A stretch of 64,000 nucleotides of DNA from Paramecium tetraurelia (GCA_000165425.1 CT868207.1:310001-374000), one strand, 5' to 3'. Shown: positions 13,776 to 27,606, numbered from the stretch's first letter. Made by a program: numbers and translations. The notes: generated from the letters alone by a model not told the origin.

Positions 13776-16504
13776 TCAATGCTTGATTTATAAAGCATCT
13801 TTCAGAACCTAAGGAAAAATAGGCTTGAAAACAATTTAATCTATTCCAGCATCCTAACAAAGTTATTTTGTGTCTTCATCTTCATGAGCAGTGCAAGCAA
13901 TAATCTATAATGGCATAATTTTCTCTCGATCTATTAAATCTGTTATAATTTATGATGCCTATATACCATTCATGACTGGCATATCTATATCCATTAATAT
14001 AGTTCTTATGCATTTTTATTAAGATACTAAATTTACTGCCTCTTACCCGTTGTAACAATGTATAATTTTATGATATCCCAGGTTATTTAAAATCATTTCC
14101 AAAGTGATATGGTTAAATGGTTCATCATCTACTATTACTATATTTCCTGTTTCTGATAATAAATTTTAAGTGCTTCTTTTTTATACCAAACAAAGCGATG
14201 GTATTGATTTGTGACTTTTAGATTTTTGTCTGGAAAATGATCGAGAAATAGTATTGACAGTCTTTTCCTTACTTGGATTAATTCTATCTATTTTTCTGAT
14301 TTACTAAATAACTACCTGCTCATTACTAATAGGATCTGGTTAAATAGTAAAGAACTCTTAAATTTGATTATTTGATTTCATTGACTCATTTTTCCTTTGT
14401 CTTGAAGCAGATTGCTGTTATGATGCACTAGGTAAATCTAAATCACAAATTGAAAATTCAAATTTGCATCCTTATCCAGGACTACTCTCAATTATAAGTG
14501 GACAAGCCCTATTTAATTAATTGATTAATTTTGTTGTTATTTTTAAACTAATGCCAAGCACTTCATTTTTTAAGTTCATTGATGAATAGCTAATTCCTCG
14601 ATCAAGAGATTGAGTTTACAGAATGCTTTACTACAATAAATAAAAATATAACCTTTCTGGAACTCTGAGTTAGCTATTGATGAATTTGCATTTACTTATT
14701 AATTTCATCTTGGGCCTATTTACTTAATCCTATTCCACTATCCTATACAACAAATTTAATCATTCGAGAACTTGCTGTTTTAATTTCTTTGACTGTTAAT
14801 TCAATTTATCCACCTTAAGGAGTATATCGATAAGCGTTATTCAAAAGATTGACTAAGATTCTCATTAGCTTATTGAGATCTGATTAAATAAAGCAACAAC
14901 TAAACAAATAATTAAAATCTTACATCTCTTTTTTTTCAGCTTGAAGTTAATTGATATCTTCATTATTATATTTGATTGTAAATTGAATGCCTTTTATGCT
15001 ACATTATGTCATAATTAAGTCTTTGATCTCGAAAAGCAATTTGTGAATATCTATATTTTTAATTGTCAAAATAGGTTTTTGTTAGGAGTAGATCGATACA
15101 TATTCAAGGATATCTTAAATAAGATACAACAGAATTTTTGAATTCCAATAGCAAGGTTTGATGAAAGTTTCGATGAGATCTTTTGGAAGAAATTAATTGC
15201 TAAGGCAATTTTCCAAATAAGTAATCACTGAATTTAAAGGCGTTTTCAATTTATGACTGAGTGAACTAATAAGACTGTTCCTAAACTTGTAGTCTTTTTT
15301 AAATGCACTATATATGGAGATGTCATTAATTAACTAAAATAAATTTGATTAATACTTAGAAGGTAAACAAAAATAATGGCTATTTGTTATGAGTTATCTA
15401 AGTAAACTTCAAATGATACTTAAACTTTTCGAGGTTTTACCCAAACAATTTGACTTTGTAATAAATTGACTCGTATTCTTATTATTGATTACCATTATCT
15501 ATTATTTATCTTATTGAAACAGTCTATTTATTAACTGTTTCATTTATGATATATTCGGATACTTTTATGTCATCTAAGAATTCAACATTTGAACTTTAAT
15601 TTCGATTATGATATATTAATCTCATGCTCTAAGAATTTTAAATTTCGGAGCGATTTGGGTTATCCATATTATTTTCAATTATTTGATTAGGTTCAATCAT
15701 ACCTTGTATAAAATCCATATATTAACCCCGATAAATTAATTTTTTATCTTAATCGTATGCAAGAATTCCTAAATTTAGTTTATAAATAATATCACTCAAG
15801 AGTTCTAATTGTTGAATTTTCTCTTCATATTAGCTTTTATAATTTTAATTAAGCTTGTGTTCTGATATTTGAATAGCAAAATCATTCATCAAGGCTATTC
15901 CCAAAAAAAATAATTGAAACAATAATGAATCTCGATTCTTCTCTATTTTTTAGGGTATTATCAAATATTGAATTAAAAATCCACAGTATAAAAAAGGCAA
16001 AGCAATTTTACAAAAGGGGGATCTCAAAGTACCTTAAAATAAATGAAAGAGAATGGATATGTAAAAATACCCAAAATAATTGTTTGTTTAATGAGTGTTA
16101 AAAGCTTCGTAGAAACACTTAGCAATAAAGAAAACTATAAAAGTAATATCCATCACTAGCGTTTTATGTTCTTATTTTTTCCGAAAATGCTATCTGATGT
16201 AAATAAATAGTCCTATTAAAATGTCTACATTATATTACCTAAAAGTATGAGATGCATCCCCAAGTTCACCCATAAAGTTGTCTAAGTAATAAAATCGTAA
16301 ATAAAAGTGACAAGAAAAAGAAATAGAAAATCGAATGAGCACGTTATTATTAAAGCTAGATATCTAGTATCGATTATATTTTCGACTCTAAACATTTATA
16401 ATTTTCGTAATAATTAATATTATTGGAATCAATATAACTTTCAAATCAATCAATTCTAAACAAATTTATTATTCGATCATATATTGGAGTGTTAATTTAT
16501 TCAT
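13776..16504 (-). CDS. Membrane-bound hybrid histidine kinase with C-terminal receiver domain (H-box and G2 box degenerate)
   Basis: N-terminal TM helices; SLSHKLKTPLNS (H-box), ILVNLLNNAYRYT (N-box), VQDSGIG (G1); receiver IVDDEPFN..LMDIDMPVMNG..ACTAH..FKP. Confidence 0.9.
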
Positions 16505-16722
16505 GATTCTTCACTATTTGAAAAGATACCAAAAATTTTTTGAAGCATTATTTCTAGAAGATTTATTTAAATGAGAAGTTATAGTGTTGATTGAGAAATA
16601 AATAATAAATCCTTGAATCAGTCTTCTTATTTAGCTTATAATTGAAAATAAGAATGACAATCTATGGTAAAAATATTAATATTATTTAATATTCTAAATA
16701 AAATATAAAATTATTGTAATTT

Positions 16723-19700
16723 TCAATTTCCATTAGTTTTTCTTCTGATCCATAAAAAAGGTAACACTTAATTTGAATCTTTTAAACAAATTTAATAACT
16801 TTTATCCTTATGTGGAATTTAATAACGTGCTGCTTTATTTGCTTTACAGCAAATGATAATCAGTGAATTATGACTCATAAACTTTTCAAGTAATGCTTCA
16901 TAGTTTAAATAATACAAAAGTTTTTTTGAAAATTCATTATGATATTCTTTATCTGGTCTTTATATGATATACAAATTAATTGTTTGTTATGCAAGATTAT
17001 TAAAATAATTAACATAATCTTAATCTACATTTGCTTCAAAATATTCAAATTTTTCATTTTTAAAATTTTGTGTCAAATGTTGAATCAATTTTTCATCAAT
17101 CGGAGGTACAATTTATCTTTAATTTTTTTAAAATTCTACCAATAAACATTATTTTTCAAAAGGAAAATTCCTAATATTTGAAAATTAAAAAGAATTCTTT
17201 ATTATTTCACTTGATTAACTATTACTTATTTATGATTTACTAAGATTTGCATGACTATCTTAATTATCAAATGGACTTTTGCTTCTTGGTAAATCTTCGA
17301 ATTGGAATTGATTTGTTTATTATGATTGTTGTAGTATTAGATTTTACTGGCTAAAATCTTCATGTTAAAAAGATAAAATTGTTTATTATTATTATTAATT
17401 TTATTATTATTATTATTGTTGTTGTTGTTATTAGTATTATTATTATTGTTATTATTGCTGTTATTGTTATTAATATTATTGTTATTATTGCTGTTATTGT
17501 TATTATTATTACTACTATTATTGCTATGATTGTTATTATAATTCAGATTTATTATTTTCATTTCTATTAACTTTTAGTTAATCATTCTGATATATACTGT
17601 TAGAAGTAAGTTTTTGTTACCAATCTTCAAAAATGTCCTAATATTATAAAAAGAATGATTTGCTTTAAAAGGATGAATTCTCATTTTTAATCATGGAAAT
17701 ATTTGAAAACTATTCATTCTATTCATTCGAATATTACAAATATCGTGATTCATCTTCTTCAGCCATTTTTGGGACTAAAATGGATAATATTAAAACTAAA
17801 AATATTGAATTAATTACGTGCTTAAGAAGGTCTTTTTGATTGAATTATCCATTTAGTTTTTTAATCATCAACTTCAAAGCCTTTTTTTTCGAAATCTTAT
17901 TTTAATTTTTTTTTGCTTTCTGCAAATTGTATTATATTTTGAAAATTACAAAATTAATCAATATAAATACTAAATTGTACAATTTGTTTTTGGTTCTCAT
18001 TAAATTTGATTAAATTTTCAGATAAATCTTTGAATATTTTTTAATTTCCCAACATAGTAATATAATAATCACTGTATTATTATTTGAATGTGACATAAAT
18101 TTATGGATTTTTAATAATATTTGAAAATAAAGCTTTGCCAGTTTCTTGATCAGCCTTAATTTCAAAAAAGTATAGATTTTACATCATTAAAATTATATCC
18201 TCTTATAATTGAATTGTTGCTAATTCCATTTTCTATGAATTAAAATTGTTTCTCTAAATGTCAAAATTTAAATGGAAAATACAAAATGCACTTACTTCTT
18301 ATTCTTCCTTAACTTCTATCTCCTCAATCCGTATATTTTGTTATTGATGATTCATTTTTTTTATAAAGTCTCCCAGAATGTATTTTGTATAGCCTATTCT
18401 GGCTGAAACTAATTAATAATTTTCAGGTTTTTCTTCTTAATTTTAAGACTTTAAACTATGCATCGTTATAATAAATCCTCTATAATTTTATAAGCTGTGC
18501 TTAACAATTTTAATAGCATCCATGCTTCTTGAAATAAAAATCAATCCATCAGATTCCACTTTGTAATAAACACCTTTTTTAGAGAATTCTTATTTTTTAT
18601 AACTACTAAATTCGAAAACTCTTAGTAATTCTTCATTTAATGTTACTTTTAATGTTACAAATTTGGAGAAATAATCCTCAAATTATTTTATCAGTTAAAT
18701 GTTTTAACATTAAAGTTTATATATACCTTCTTCTATTTTAACAAATTGAATTGAAGAATTTTTTTGAACTAGTTTTTCCTAAAATTCTTAGTAAAAGTAT
18801 TCATAAATTACGCTATCCAAATATTTAGGCTAATTATAAGTTATTTTATACTTTCAATTCTATGATTTTGGAATGGGAAAAAACACCTGTGTTGTTGAGA
18901 GATATATTAATCGTCACTTAAAAATTATCAGTCCTTCCATTTTAACAACCAACTTGAGAAAGAAAAAATAATTCATTATCTAACTTACAAAGTTGACTTT
19001 TTTATGGATTTTAATCAAATTTTGTATAAATAGCTAGGAGTTTCTTTTCGTCTTGGTTCTGCAATCGAAAATTACATATCGCTACCAGGACTTTCACTTT
19101 AAATAATTAATATTTTATTACATAGATAATTAAAGCTATTGTTTGTTTAATTCTATAGGATCAAATCTTGAGGTGAACTTTAAATTTTTTTATATCCACT
19201 TTGATCCAAGATGTTAACAAAGGCGTCTAAGTCAAAGATTTTTTGAGCATCAAATGTTGGCTAAAAAAGGTTTTGCTTATCAATAACTATAGTTGTTTAA
19301 GTGATTTAAGTTTATTATGTTTATCCTTTCCCAATAATTTTTTGAAACACCCTTATAAGGTCAACTGTGTTTCCAAACAAGAGGAATGAACTTCCCTTTC
19401 TTAGATAGACAAAATTTGATTATCGATCTTATACTTCCTCACTAAACCATGCATCTATCTACCTTTCATCAGCCATATTGCATTAAGGTGTAAATTTTAT
19501 TAAAAAAGGACTTTTTATATAGCATTGAATATATTTTTTAATTTATTTTTCAAATAAATCTCTATTTTACTTAATCTGACTAAAATTTATCTCTAAAAAA
19601 AAGCATTAATCATCAAAATATTGATTCATACAATATTCTTTAAACCGTTCTGACAAAAACTTTTCATAATACAGTGATCTACATTATGTCAGATCTTTAA

Positions 19701-20778
19701 TTTATAAACTTTCTTACTTATATGGTTTTAATGATGAAAAATGTAAATAAATTCCCCTATAATTTTTATTTATCATTTGACTTATTTCTTAAAGATAAGA
19801 TAGAGTTTAGATTTTCGAAACTAAATAGAAATTATCAGCTATTTTAATTGGAAATATTTCGAAACGTCTTAAATATTCATTTATTTTTGATTAGGCTATC
19901 ATCGTATAATTGGTGTAATAGCAAAATTCAATCTCGACATAAGAAATTTTATTAATAAACTCTTCTAGGCCGTTTTAAATTTGATCAAGATCTAGATTTA
20001 ACTAAAGTTTGTAAAGATTCATTTATTTTTACTCCAAATTTAATTATTTAATCAATTAAGTCCATTCTTATAAAAAAAATTTTTCTATTATTTGTAATAT
20101 AAAATTATTTTAGAGTTTAATTATTTAAGGATTTTACAATCCGAGAATTTTGATTTCTGCATCATTTCCTTCTCGTGAAGCCAATTCACTATTACATTAT
20201 AATTTTTTGCTTTCCTGATATTCTAATTCATGAATAACTTCACTTTTTAATTCTGATTCATCATTATCTTCATTTAATTCAGAAACGAGTTATTATGGAT
20301 TGTCATCTTCAATGTTGTCATCCCCCATTTCTTCAGAAGACACCCTACTTTCCTGGTCCCTTAAACTATCATCCTAATTATATTCCGCATGTTAATTTTT
20401 TTGTTCGACTTACTATTACACAGCCATTTGAGGCTATTGAGATACGAAAGTCCTACATTAATCTATACTAATAGTTTGATCATTTGTTTTTGTTTAATTA
20501 GTTTGCCTTGTATCTTCACATTTCATCTTTAAATTGGCATCTGTAGTGGATTATACATTGCCTATGAGATTTGTGAATTTAAGTTTGAAATCTGGGAAGC
20601 TTTCTTATATTGTCTAAAAGGCTGATCTGAATGAAGAAAATTTTTTGCCTTGCTCCTAATCTACAAAATGAAATTCTCCCTTTGTAAATTCACCATTAAG
20701 CTTGAGAAAGTTTACAAGCTAGTTTATCTATTCCTAATTTTAGATTTAAAAAATTTTGGAATTGATTGACAAACTCAT
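16723..20778 (-). CDS. Large hypothetical protein (about 1300 aa) with acidic patch and poly-Gln tract
   Basis: Frame traced across 20778-18970 and 17550-16723 in the ciliate code with tiny introns; the middle was not fully traced; ends LPFLWIRRKTNGN-TGA. Confidence 0.6.
17383..17538 (-). repeat. Poly-glutamine codon tract (48 of 52 codons are TAA/TAG/CAA/CAG)
   Basis: Counted directly; all four Gln codons of the ciliate code are mixed in one frame. Confidence 0.9.
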
Positions 20779-21161
20779 TCTAAAATTTTAATTAATTATT
20801 GAATGTACAAAATTTAATTTTTTGCATTTGCTTCAAGCAGATTGTATAAAATATTCTTTTTTTAATAAGACAAGTTATTACTATTGAATAAGATATTGAT
20901 CTGTATACTATTTGATAGGTGAATTGATATTTTTTGTCATTTAAAAAATGGATCTTTAATTCAAAATAAATATGAGAATTAAGAATGAAAATTGTAGAGC
21001 AACATGTTTATTTTAAATTAATTTATGTATTGAAATTTTTTATAATTCTTAAGAGATGGAAATTGAAGCCAAGATATTTGAGCAATTTATTAAATTATTG
21101 GTAATAATTACTGCTATTTATCGAATTAATTAGGCATATAAAAATTAAAATAAATATTAGC

Positions 21162-22986
21162 ATGGGTTGTTGTTAAGGAAATCCAATTGGTTTCATATTA
21201 TACACTTATTTTAGATATGAACTAATTGAATGAATCGGTGAAAGAATTAACTGAATACTAATAACCAGAATATAAAGCAAATATTGTAGATTTGAACAAT
21301 TAGGGAAAGCAGATGGAACGAGTGCAGGAAAGAATTGCAGATGTAGAACAAACACCTAAGAAAGAAACCAATTACTCTTAGGAAATGAAAAGTGGCAAAA
21401 AGGATGACAATCAGGAAACAAGATCTCTTGTTCAATAACAAGGTTAAGAAAAATAATGGATCATTAAATAGACAATGTTTGTCAGGATTAATTCAAAAAA
21501 GAATGTTAGTGAATTTTATACAATAAAAGAGATGATTGGGTAAGGAGGTTTTGGGAAAGTTTATAAAGTAGTTCATCGATAAACAGGTTGTAATTTATTG
21601 ATTAAGGATAGGAATGATTAGAGCTATGAAATTAATATTAAAATCAAAATTGAAGAAAGAAGATTAAGAGAAATTATTAGAAGAAACCAGTATATTGATG
21701 GATATTGATCATCCCAATATAGTTAAATTATATGAAATGTATTAAGATGATAATTCGTATTTCTTAATAAGTGAATATTGTGATGGTAAATCTTTAAAAA
21801 ATTCATATGAAAGGTGGTGAACTATTCGAAAAAATCAAATTCGTTCTAATTTTAACTGAAAAAGAAATTGCATCTTATATGAAATAAATATTATCAGCTG
21901 TTTCCTACTGTCATTCCAAGGGGATAGTTCATAGAGATTTAAAACCGGAAAATATTTTATTTGATTCCAAAAATTAAGGAGCAGCCTTAAAAATAATTGA
22001 TTTTGGTGCTAGTGCCAAATTAGTAAATGATGAAAAACTAAATAAAAGAATTGGAACAGTATTTTAAATTTTTATAACTATTTAGCCATTCTATGTAGCT
22101 CCTGAAGTTCTGAATGGAAGTTATGATGAGAAATGCGATATATGGTCATTGGGAGTATTGCTCTATATTTTGCTTTGTGGATACCCTCCATTTTTTGGTC
22201 ACAGTGAAGGAGAAGTATTGGCTAAAGTGAGAAAAGGTACATATCAATTTGACAGCAATGATTGGTCTAGAGTGTCAATGCAAGCCAAAGATTTGATTAG
22301 AAGGATGTTATTTTATGACCCATCAGCCAGAATCAATGCTTCTGAAGCTCAGTAACATGCTTGGATTTCAAATAATAAAGCTAAAGGTTAAGTCAACAAT
22401 TTAAGTTTAAAGAGATTATAAGATTTTGATTCTAAAAATAAGCTCAAGTACGCTATCCTCTAATTTATAACTGTTCAAGTGGTTTCAAGTCAAGAGAAGG
22501 ATGATTTACTCAAAATTTTTTAAGACATAGATAAAAATGGTGATGGGACTGTAAGTAAAGAAGAATTACTTGCTGGTATTTTATTCCTTAAATTAAGCTT
22601 ATTTGAAGATTTATAAGGGAGATGCTTTAGCAGCTTAACATATTGTTGAAGAATTGTTTCCTTAACTGGATGCTAATAAATCTGGGAAAGTCGATTTTAG
22701 TGAATTTGTTACTGCTTCCATTAATAGAGACAGAACCTTAAGCAAAAAAAAGATTGAATAATCATTTAAACTATTTGATTTAGATGGCAATGGATATATT
22801 ACGAAATAGGAAATAAATGAATTATTTGGAAATGAGATAGATGAAAAAATGTGGGAAGACATTCTTAAGGATTGTGATACAAATAAGGATGGAATGGTTT
22901 TTATTATTATTATAACATAGATCTCACTGAATGAATTCATTACATTGTTGGAGTCTAAAATTTAACAAAATCCAAAACTTTTATGA
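21162..22986 (+). CDS. Calcium-dependent protein kinase (CDPK), N-acylation motif MGCC
   Basis: [35 protein letters not shown]; four EF hands ([43 protein letters not shown]..). Confidence 0.95.
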
Positions 22987-23214
22987 AAATACTCTATTCT
23001 ATTTTTATAATTTTATTTTTTATATATGCATCAATGTTTTATAGGCTAAATTCTGCAAATGATAAATTAAAATATTCAACTTAATCCACTTTAATTTAAA
23101 AATTTCCAAGTGTTAAGAATCCATTTTATTACTCTTTTGGCTTTCAGAAATTTATAGAATTGGCACTCTAAAGGAGAATATCAAATTAATTAAATTAAAA
23201 ATACAAAAATAATT

Positions 23215-23286
23215 TGCACCTACCGGGACTCGAACCCGACCTAGATGCTTGGGGGGCATCTGTACTAACCTCTATACGATGGGTGC
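23215..23286 (-). tRNA. tRNA-Gly(CCC), atypical, possibly a pseudo-tRNA
   Basis: 72-nt cloverleaf GCACCCA-TC-GTAT AGAGGTTA GTAC-A-GATGC CCCCCAA GCATC-TAGG-TCGGG TTCGAGT CCCGG-TAGGTGC-A; anticodon 23251-23253; T5 Pol III terminator a few nt downstream. Confidence 0.9.
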
Positions 23287-23395
23287 AAGTTATATGATTT
23301 CGGATAATATTTGAAAAAATATAAAATTCTGCATTACTAATATTCTAAAAAAAACTTGTTTTTTAAATTATGTAAATAAGGAGATTTGATATCTA

Positions 23396-24536
23396 TCACT
23401 CTCTACTTGAAGATTAATCAGGAAATTCTGTAGCTTGAATGACGTAAGTTTCAACTATTATATCTGTGCTATCTTATCTGCCATTGGAAGGTTAATTTAA
23501 AGATTTCTTAGGCCAAAAAATTATCAAAGCAGCATAGTAAGGTAGAAAAAATGATAACATCTTTTCTGAAAGTTCTAAAGCTGTATTAATAATGTTTGTC
23601 AAAGTAGGATCGTCTTCTAACTAATGTCTTGATATCGATTTACTTTAACGTAATAACATGTATATCTTTCTGGTTGATTTCTTAAAATTTCATTCATCAA
23701 AACAAAATAGACATTTTACACAAAACTAACAAAAGGATCCTATTATATTTATTATTACTAGAATCCTTATTAAATATTATTAATTAATTACCAAATTTAA
23801 CTCAATCTTTTTTTAATCATTTTTTCAATTTTATCAGCCTCATCATTAACATTTTCCAAGTTCTTCATATTTTTATTAATCTGCCTTGTAAATTATCTTA
23901 TTTGTAGTAAGAATAATCCTTAAAGTAAAAAGCTAACAGTTGTTATTACATTAAAAAATTAAGCTATGTATTATGATTTAATATTAACCTTAACAAAGAT
24001 GATAATTATTTTATTAGATAAAATAATCAATGTAATTTAGTATGAAAACTACAGTAAAAAAAAAAATTAATCCAGCAAACATCAATTTTGATAGCTTTAA
24101 TTGGATAGTAGAGTTAATTTCTCTTTAAATATATGCCAAATTAAAAGTTGCTAGCATTATTGACTTTCTTCCAAAATAGTAGATTATGTAGCATATAAAC
24201 ATAAATTAAAAATATAGAATGGGAAAGTATACGGCATCGTCTTTAAAAGAAAGTTAATATGCAAGATAAACTTAATTAATCTAAAAAAGTTACAAATCAT
24301 GTCTATGATTAATATAAGAAAAATTTTCTGCTTTCTTGTAACTTTAAGAAGTGAGTTGAATTTTTGTTAAGCAAAGTAGATGTATATTGATAAAAGTAAC
24401 AATGTGATTGCTAAAAAAACTTTAAAGCAAAATCTAAATAATAGCCATTATCATACTAAACACAAGAAGAATTCCTAGATTAATTTTAATTCATCAAGCA
24501 TTCATATAACTCTATTGCTCCAGGTATTTTTGTCAT
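23396..24536 (-). CDS. Multi-pass (about 7 TM) membrane protein
   Basis: MTKIPGAIELYECL.. followed by repeated hydrophobic segments and tiny introns; ends PDQSSSRE-TGA. Confidence 0.7.
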
Positions 24537-25278
24537 TTTGTTTTATTTTAATAAAATATTACAAGGAATCAAATTTTATTATTTATATATAAATTGCTTT
24601 AGAATAATTGAAATTATAGTTTCTGTATACTAAATATCAAACTTCTTATTATATATGTCAAATATCTTAACAGTTATTATTTTAACTAAATATTCTTTTT
24701 GTTGAGACGAAATGTAGAGTCATTCAATATAATTTTAGTAAATAAATAATTAATCTTTAAATTATAAAAATTGAGTAGAGAGATATCATCTCTTAAAAAA
24801 ATGTTATAAAGTCCAAATAACCATAAAATTATTCTTTATTGGTTATATGACCTTAGAATTTCTAAAATTGCAGTAATATTAATTATATTAAAGTATTTTT
24901 GATATTAAACTTATTAATAAATGATATCAACAATTTAATAAAGTTAATAATTTGCATATTAATTCTATTCAAAAAATTTTTATTGCTTTACCATTTTGAA
25001 AAGGATATTGTTTAAGATATTGTATTGAAATTTCTAAAATGAAACTGCAAAAATATTAAAATTTAATAGTATTCTATTAAAATACAGAAAAATTGAAATT
25101 CCAATTATTAATATTCTATTATCATCTTCTTAAAGTATGTATTAAAATAATAATAAAGATTTGTACACTATTCAATATTTAAAATATTAATCAGCATTCT
25201 ATTTTGTTTATAATTAACTTAGTTTATTAGCACAGTTTTTATTGAGATATTAATTTCAAAATATAATAAAATAAAATA

Positions 25279-25725
25279 ATGAATAGCTAAGCCCTAGAAG
25301 CCACGAAAACCTAGAGTGTGAAGGACTATAAGGCACAACATAAATTGGAGGACAGAAAGAAGAGAGTGTAACAATACAAAGAAAAATATCCAGAAATGAC
25401 ACCAATGGTTGTTTAAAAGCATCCAAAAGCCAAGATTATGTCATTAACAAGACCTTAGTATTTTATTTGAATAAAATAGATTCTTGGTGAATTAAACTGT
25501 CAAGTTTTCTGAGTTTAAAAACTAAATCAGAACTAAACTCTAATTATCACCTTAATAAACATTGTTTTTCTATTGTGGAAATAACATAATATCCGATGGT
25601 AAATTTTCTTATTAAAAATAGACATTTCACTTCAAGAATTATATAATAAATACAAAGACAGAGAAGATGAATTTCTATATTTGAATTATTCTGATTGCGA
25701 AGTTTTTGGAAATTAAATTGATTGA
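25279..25725 (+). CDS. ATG8: ATG8/LC3-family ubiquitin-like autophagy protein (divergent)
   Basis: YKAQHKLEDRKKRVQQYKEKYPEMTPMVVQKHPK..FLV..IRTKLQLSPQQTLFFYC..LYNKYKDREDEFLYLNYSDCEVFG-NQID; two tiny introns. Confidence 0.9.
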
Positions 25726-25851
25726 TATTCATATAAATAAGTACATATGTACTATTGTATATTTAAATTTATTAATTGCTTTATTGAAGTAGATAGGTTG
25801 AAGCTAAAGCGTTCTTTAAAAAAAGTATGTGAAGAATTTTTAATTAAATAA

Positions 25852-27606
25852 ATGGAAAACAAAAATTTATCAATATATTTGTTAAATTTTGTGACAAATG
25901 CTCTAATAAATTTCGATCACGGAATAATACCAGCATGCACAACTGATATGAAATTAGATTTGGGGATAGATGACATTGGAGTACTAATTTAAATATAAAT
26001 CTAATTTTAGTTAGGTTTTCTGGGGTCATCAGTTTATGGAGGACTTGTAATAGGTTCATTTTTAGGCACAGGCATATTTGGCAAATTTAAAACTAAGCAT
26101 ATAGTTACAATCAGTGTATTATGTTGCATACTAAGTTTATCTCTATTTATTCTAACTAAAAATATATTTCTCCTATTTTTATCGAGATTTTTAACAGGAT
26201 TCTTTTAAGTACACAATATTAATTTATTTGGTGTTCCTAGTAGTTTTTTTCCCTGTTTGGATAGACTTATTCGGTGAAAATCATAAGACTATGTGGCTAA
26301 CATACATGTAATTAGGAGTAGCTTTAGGAACTGTTTCAGGATATTTAGTGACTTCATTATCACTTTATTTTTCATAGAGTGTAATTCAAAATTTAATAAT
26401 TAGTGGGTCTATCCATATTATTTGTAAATACTACTGCTAATACCGTGTTTTTTGGTTTATAGTTTGAGTGATGAAAAAATGTTATCAAAATAAGATTAGG
26501 GGAAAACAGATGAATAAAAAGAGGATTTTAAGACAATATTTTTGCAGAATTTAAAAACATTTTTTTCGAATCCTATTTTTGTATTTTCTATGCTCTCATT
26601 AAGTTCTTTGTTTTTTGTTGTAACAGGAGTTTAATTTTGGATAACAGATTATCTTAGAAATGTGTTACTGATGCCTTATGAAGTTGTGTTTAAATCATTC
26701 TTGATAATATCGTTGACTGCTCCTCTTACAGGAGTATATTTGGGTGGCTTAATCTTAAATAACTTTGGAGGGTATGATGGATCGATGGCAATTAAAATAG
26801 CAGCATTTGAAGCCTTATTAGCAAGTATATCAGGAGCATTCATTCCAGCTTTAAATGATGGAGCATTTGCCTTACTTTTCTTATGGTTCTTACTATTCTT
26901 TGGGGGAAGTGCTGTTCCTGCAATCATGGGTATCATGATCACTTCAATTCCAAGAGAATAAAGATCAAGCGGAAACTCATTAAGCCATTTATTTCAAGAA
27001 CTTTTAGGGTATTTGCCTGCCCCTGTACTTTATGGCTATGTATAATAATCAACTGGAGGTTCAACATCCCGTTGGGGAATGATTCTTTTATCTACTGTTG
27101 GATTCTTTGGTTTTTTCTATATAGTTTTAGCAATCGTTTGGAAATCTAAATAGACTCTCTAATAAAGTCCCAGTTTAGATGAATCAGAGTTAAGAGACAG
27201 AGTTCCATAGTTAGATATAGTTGATAAGAAAGATACTATAAAAAGGTCTGATTTTGCTTAAATCCGAATGCAGACTTCTATATAATCAGGAAAATCGATT
27301 ACGATTCCTATCCAATAGGAACAAATTAATAATGAAGGTTAAAATGAAAATTAGGTTTCTTTGATACATAGAAATCAAACATTCAAAACAAGGGATGCGT
27401 ATCAAAGGTAAGCTTCGGTTTTTTAAGCTGTAACCAATTTTTCTATTCTTCTTGGAAGAGGCAGTTTGGATAATGATTTATTTTCTATTAAAAATAATTA
27501 AGAAAGGAAATAAATTTAAGACTAATAAAAGGAAATTGAATTGCAAGTGGCTGGTGGATACTATTTAGTAAGTGAAGGGAGATATGTAAAATTTGAAGAA
27601 CATTGA
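25852..27606 (+). CDS. Major facilitator superfamily transporter, Spinster-like
   Basis: LINFDHGIIPA, LGFLGSSVYGGLVIGS, SRFLTGFFQ, FPVWIDLFG, LGYLPAPVLYG; about 12 TM plus a hydrophilic tail. Confidence 0.88.

Noticed and set aside
17337..17570. Poly-Asn and poly-Ile ORFs from the track
   Set aside because: Alternative frames of the poly-Gln tract; the Gln frame is the one continuous with flanking coding sequence
23249..23256. tRNA as a four-base (sufD-type) frameshift suppressor
   Set aside because: The loop counts 7 nt with a normal 5-bp stem; there is no inserted base unless the homopolymer is mis-assembled
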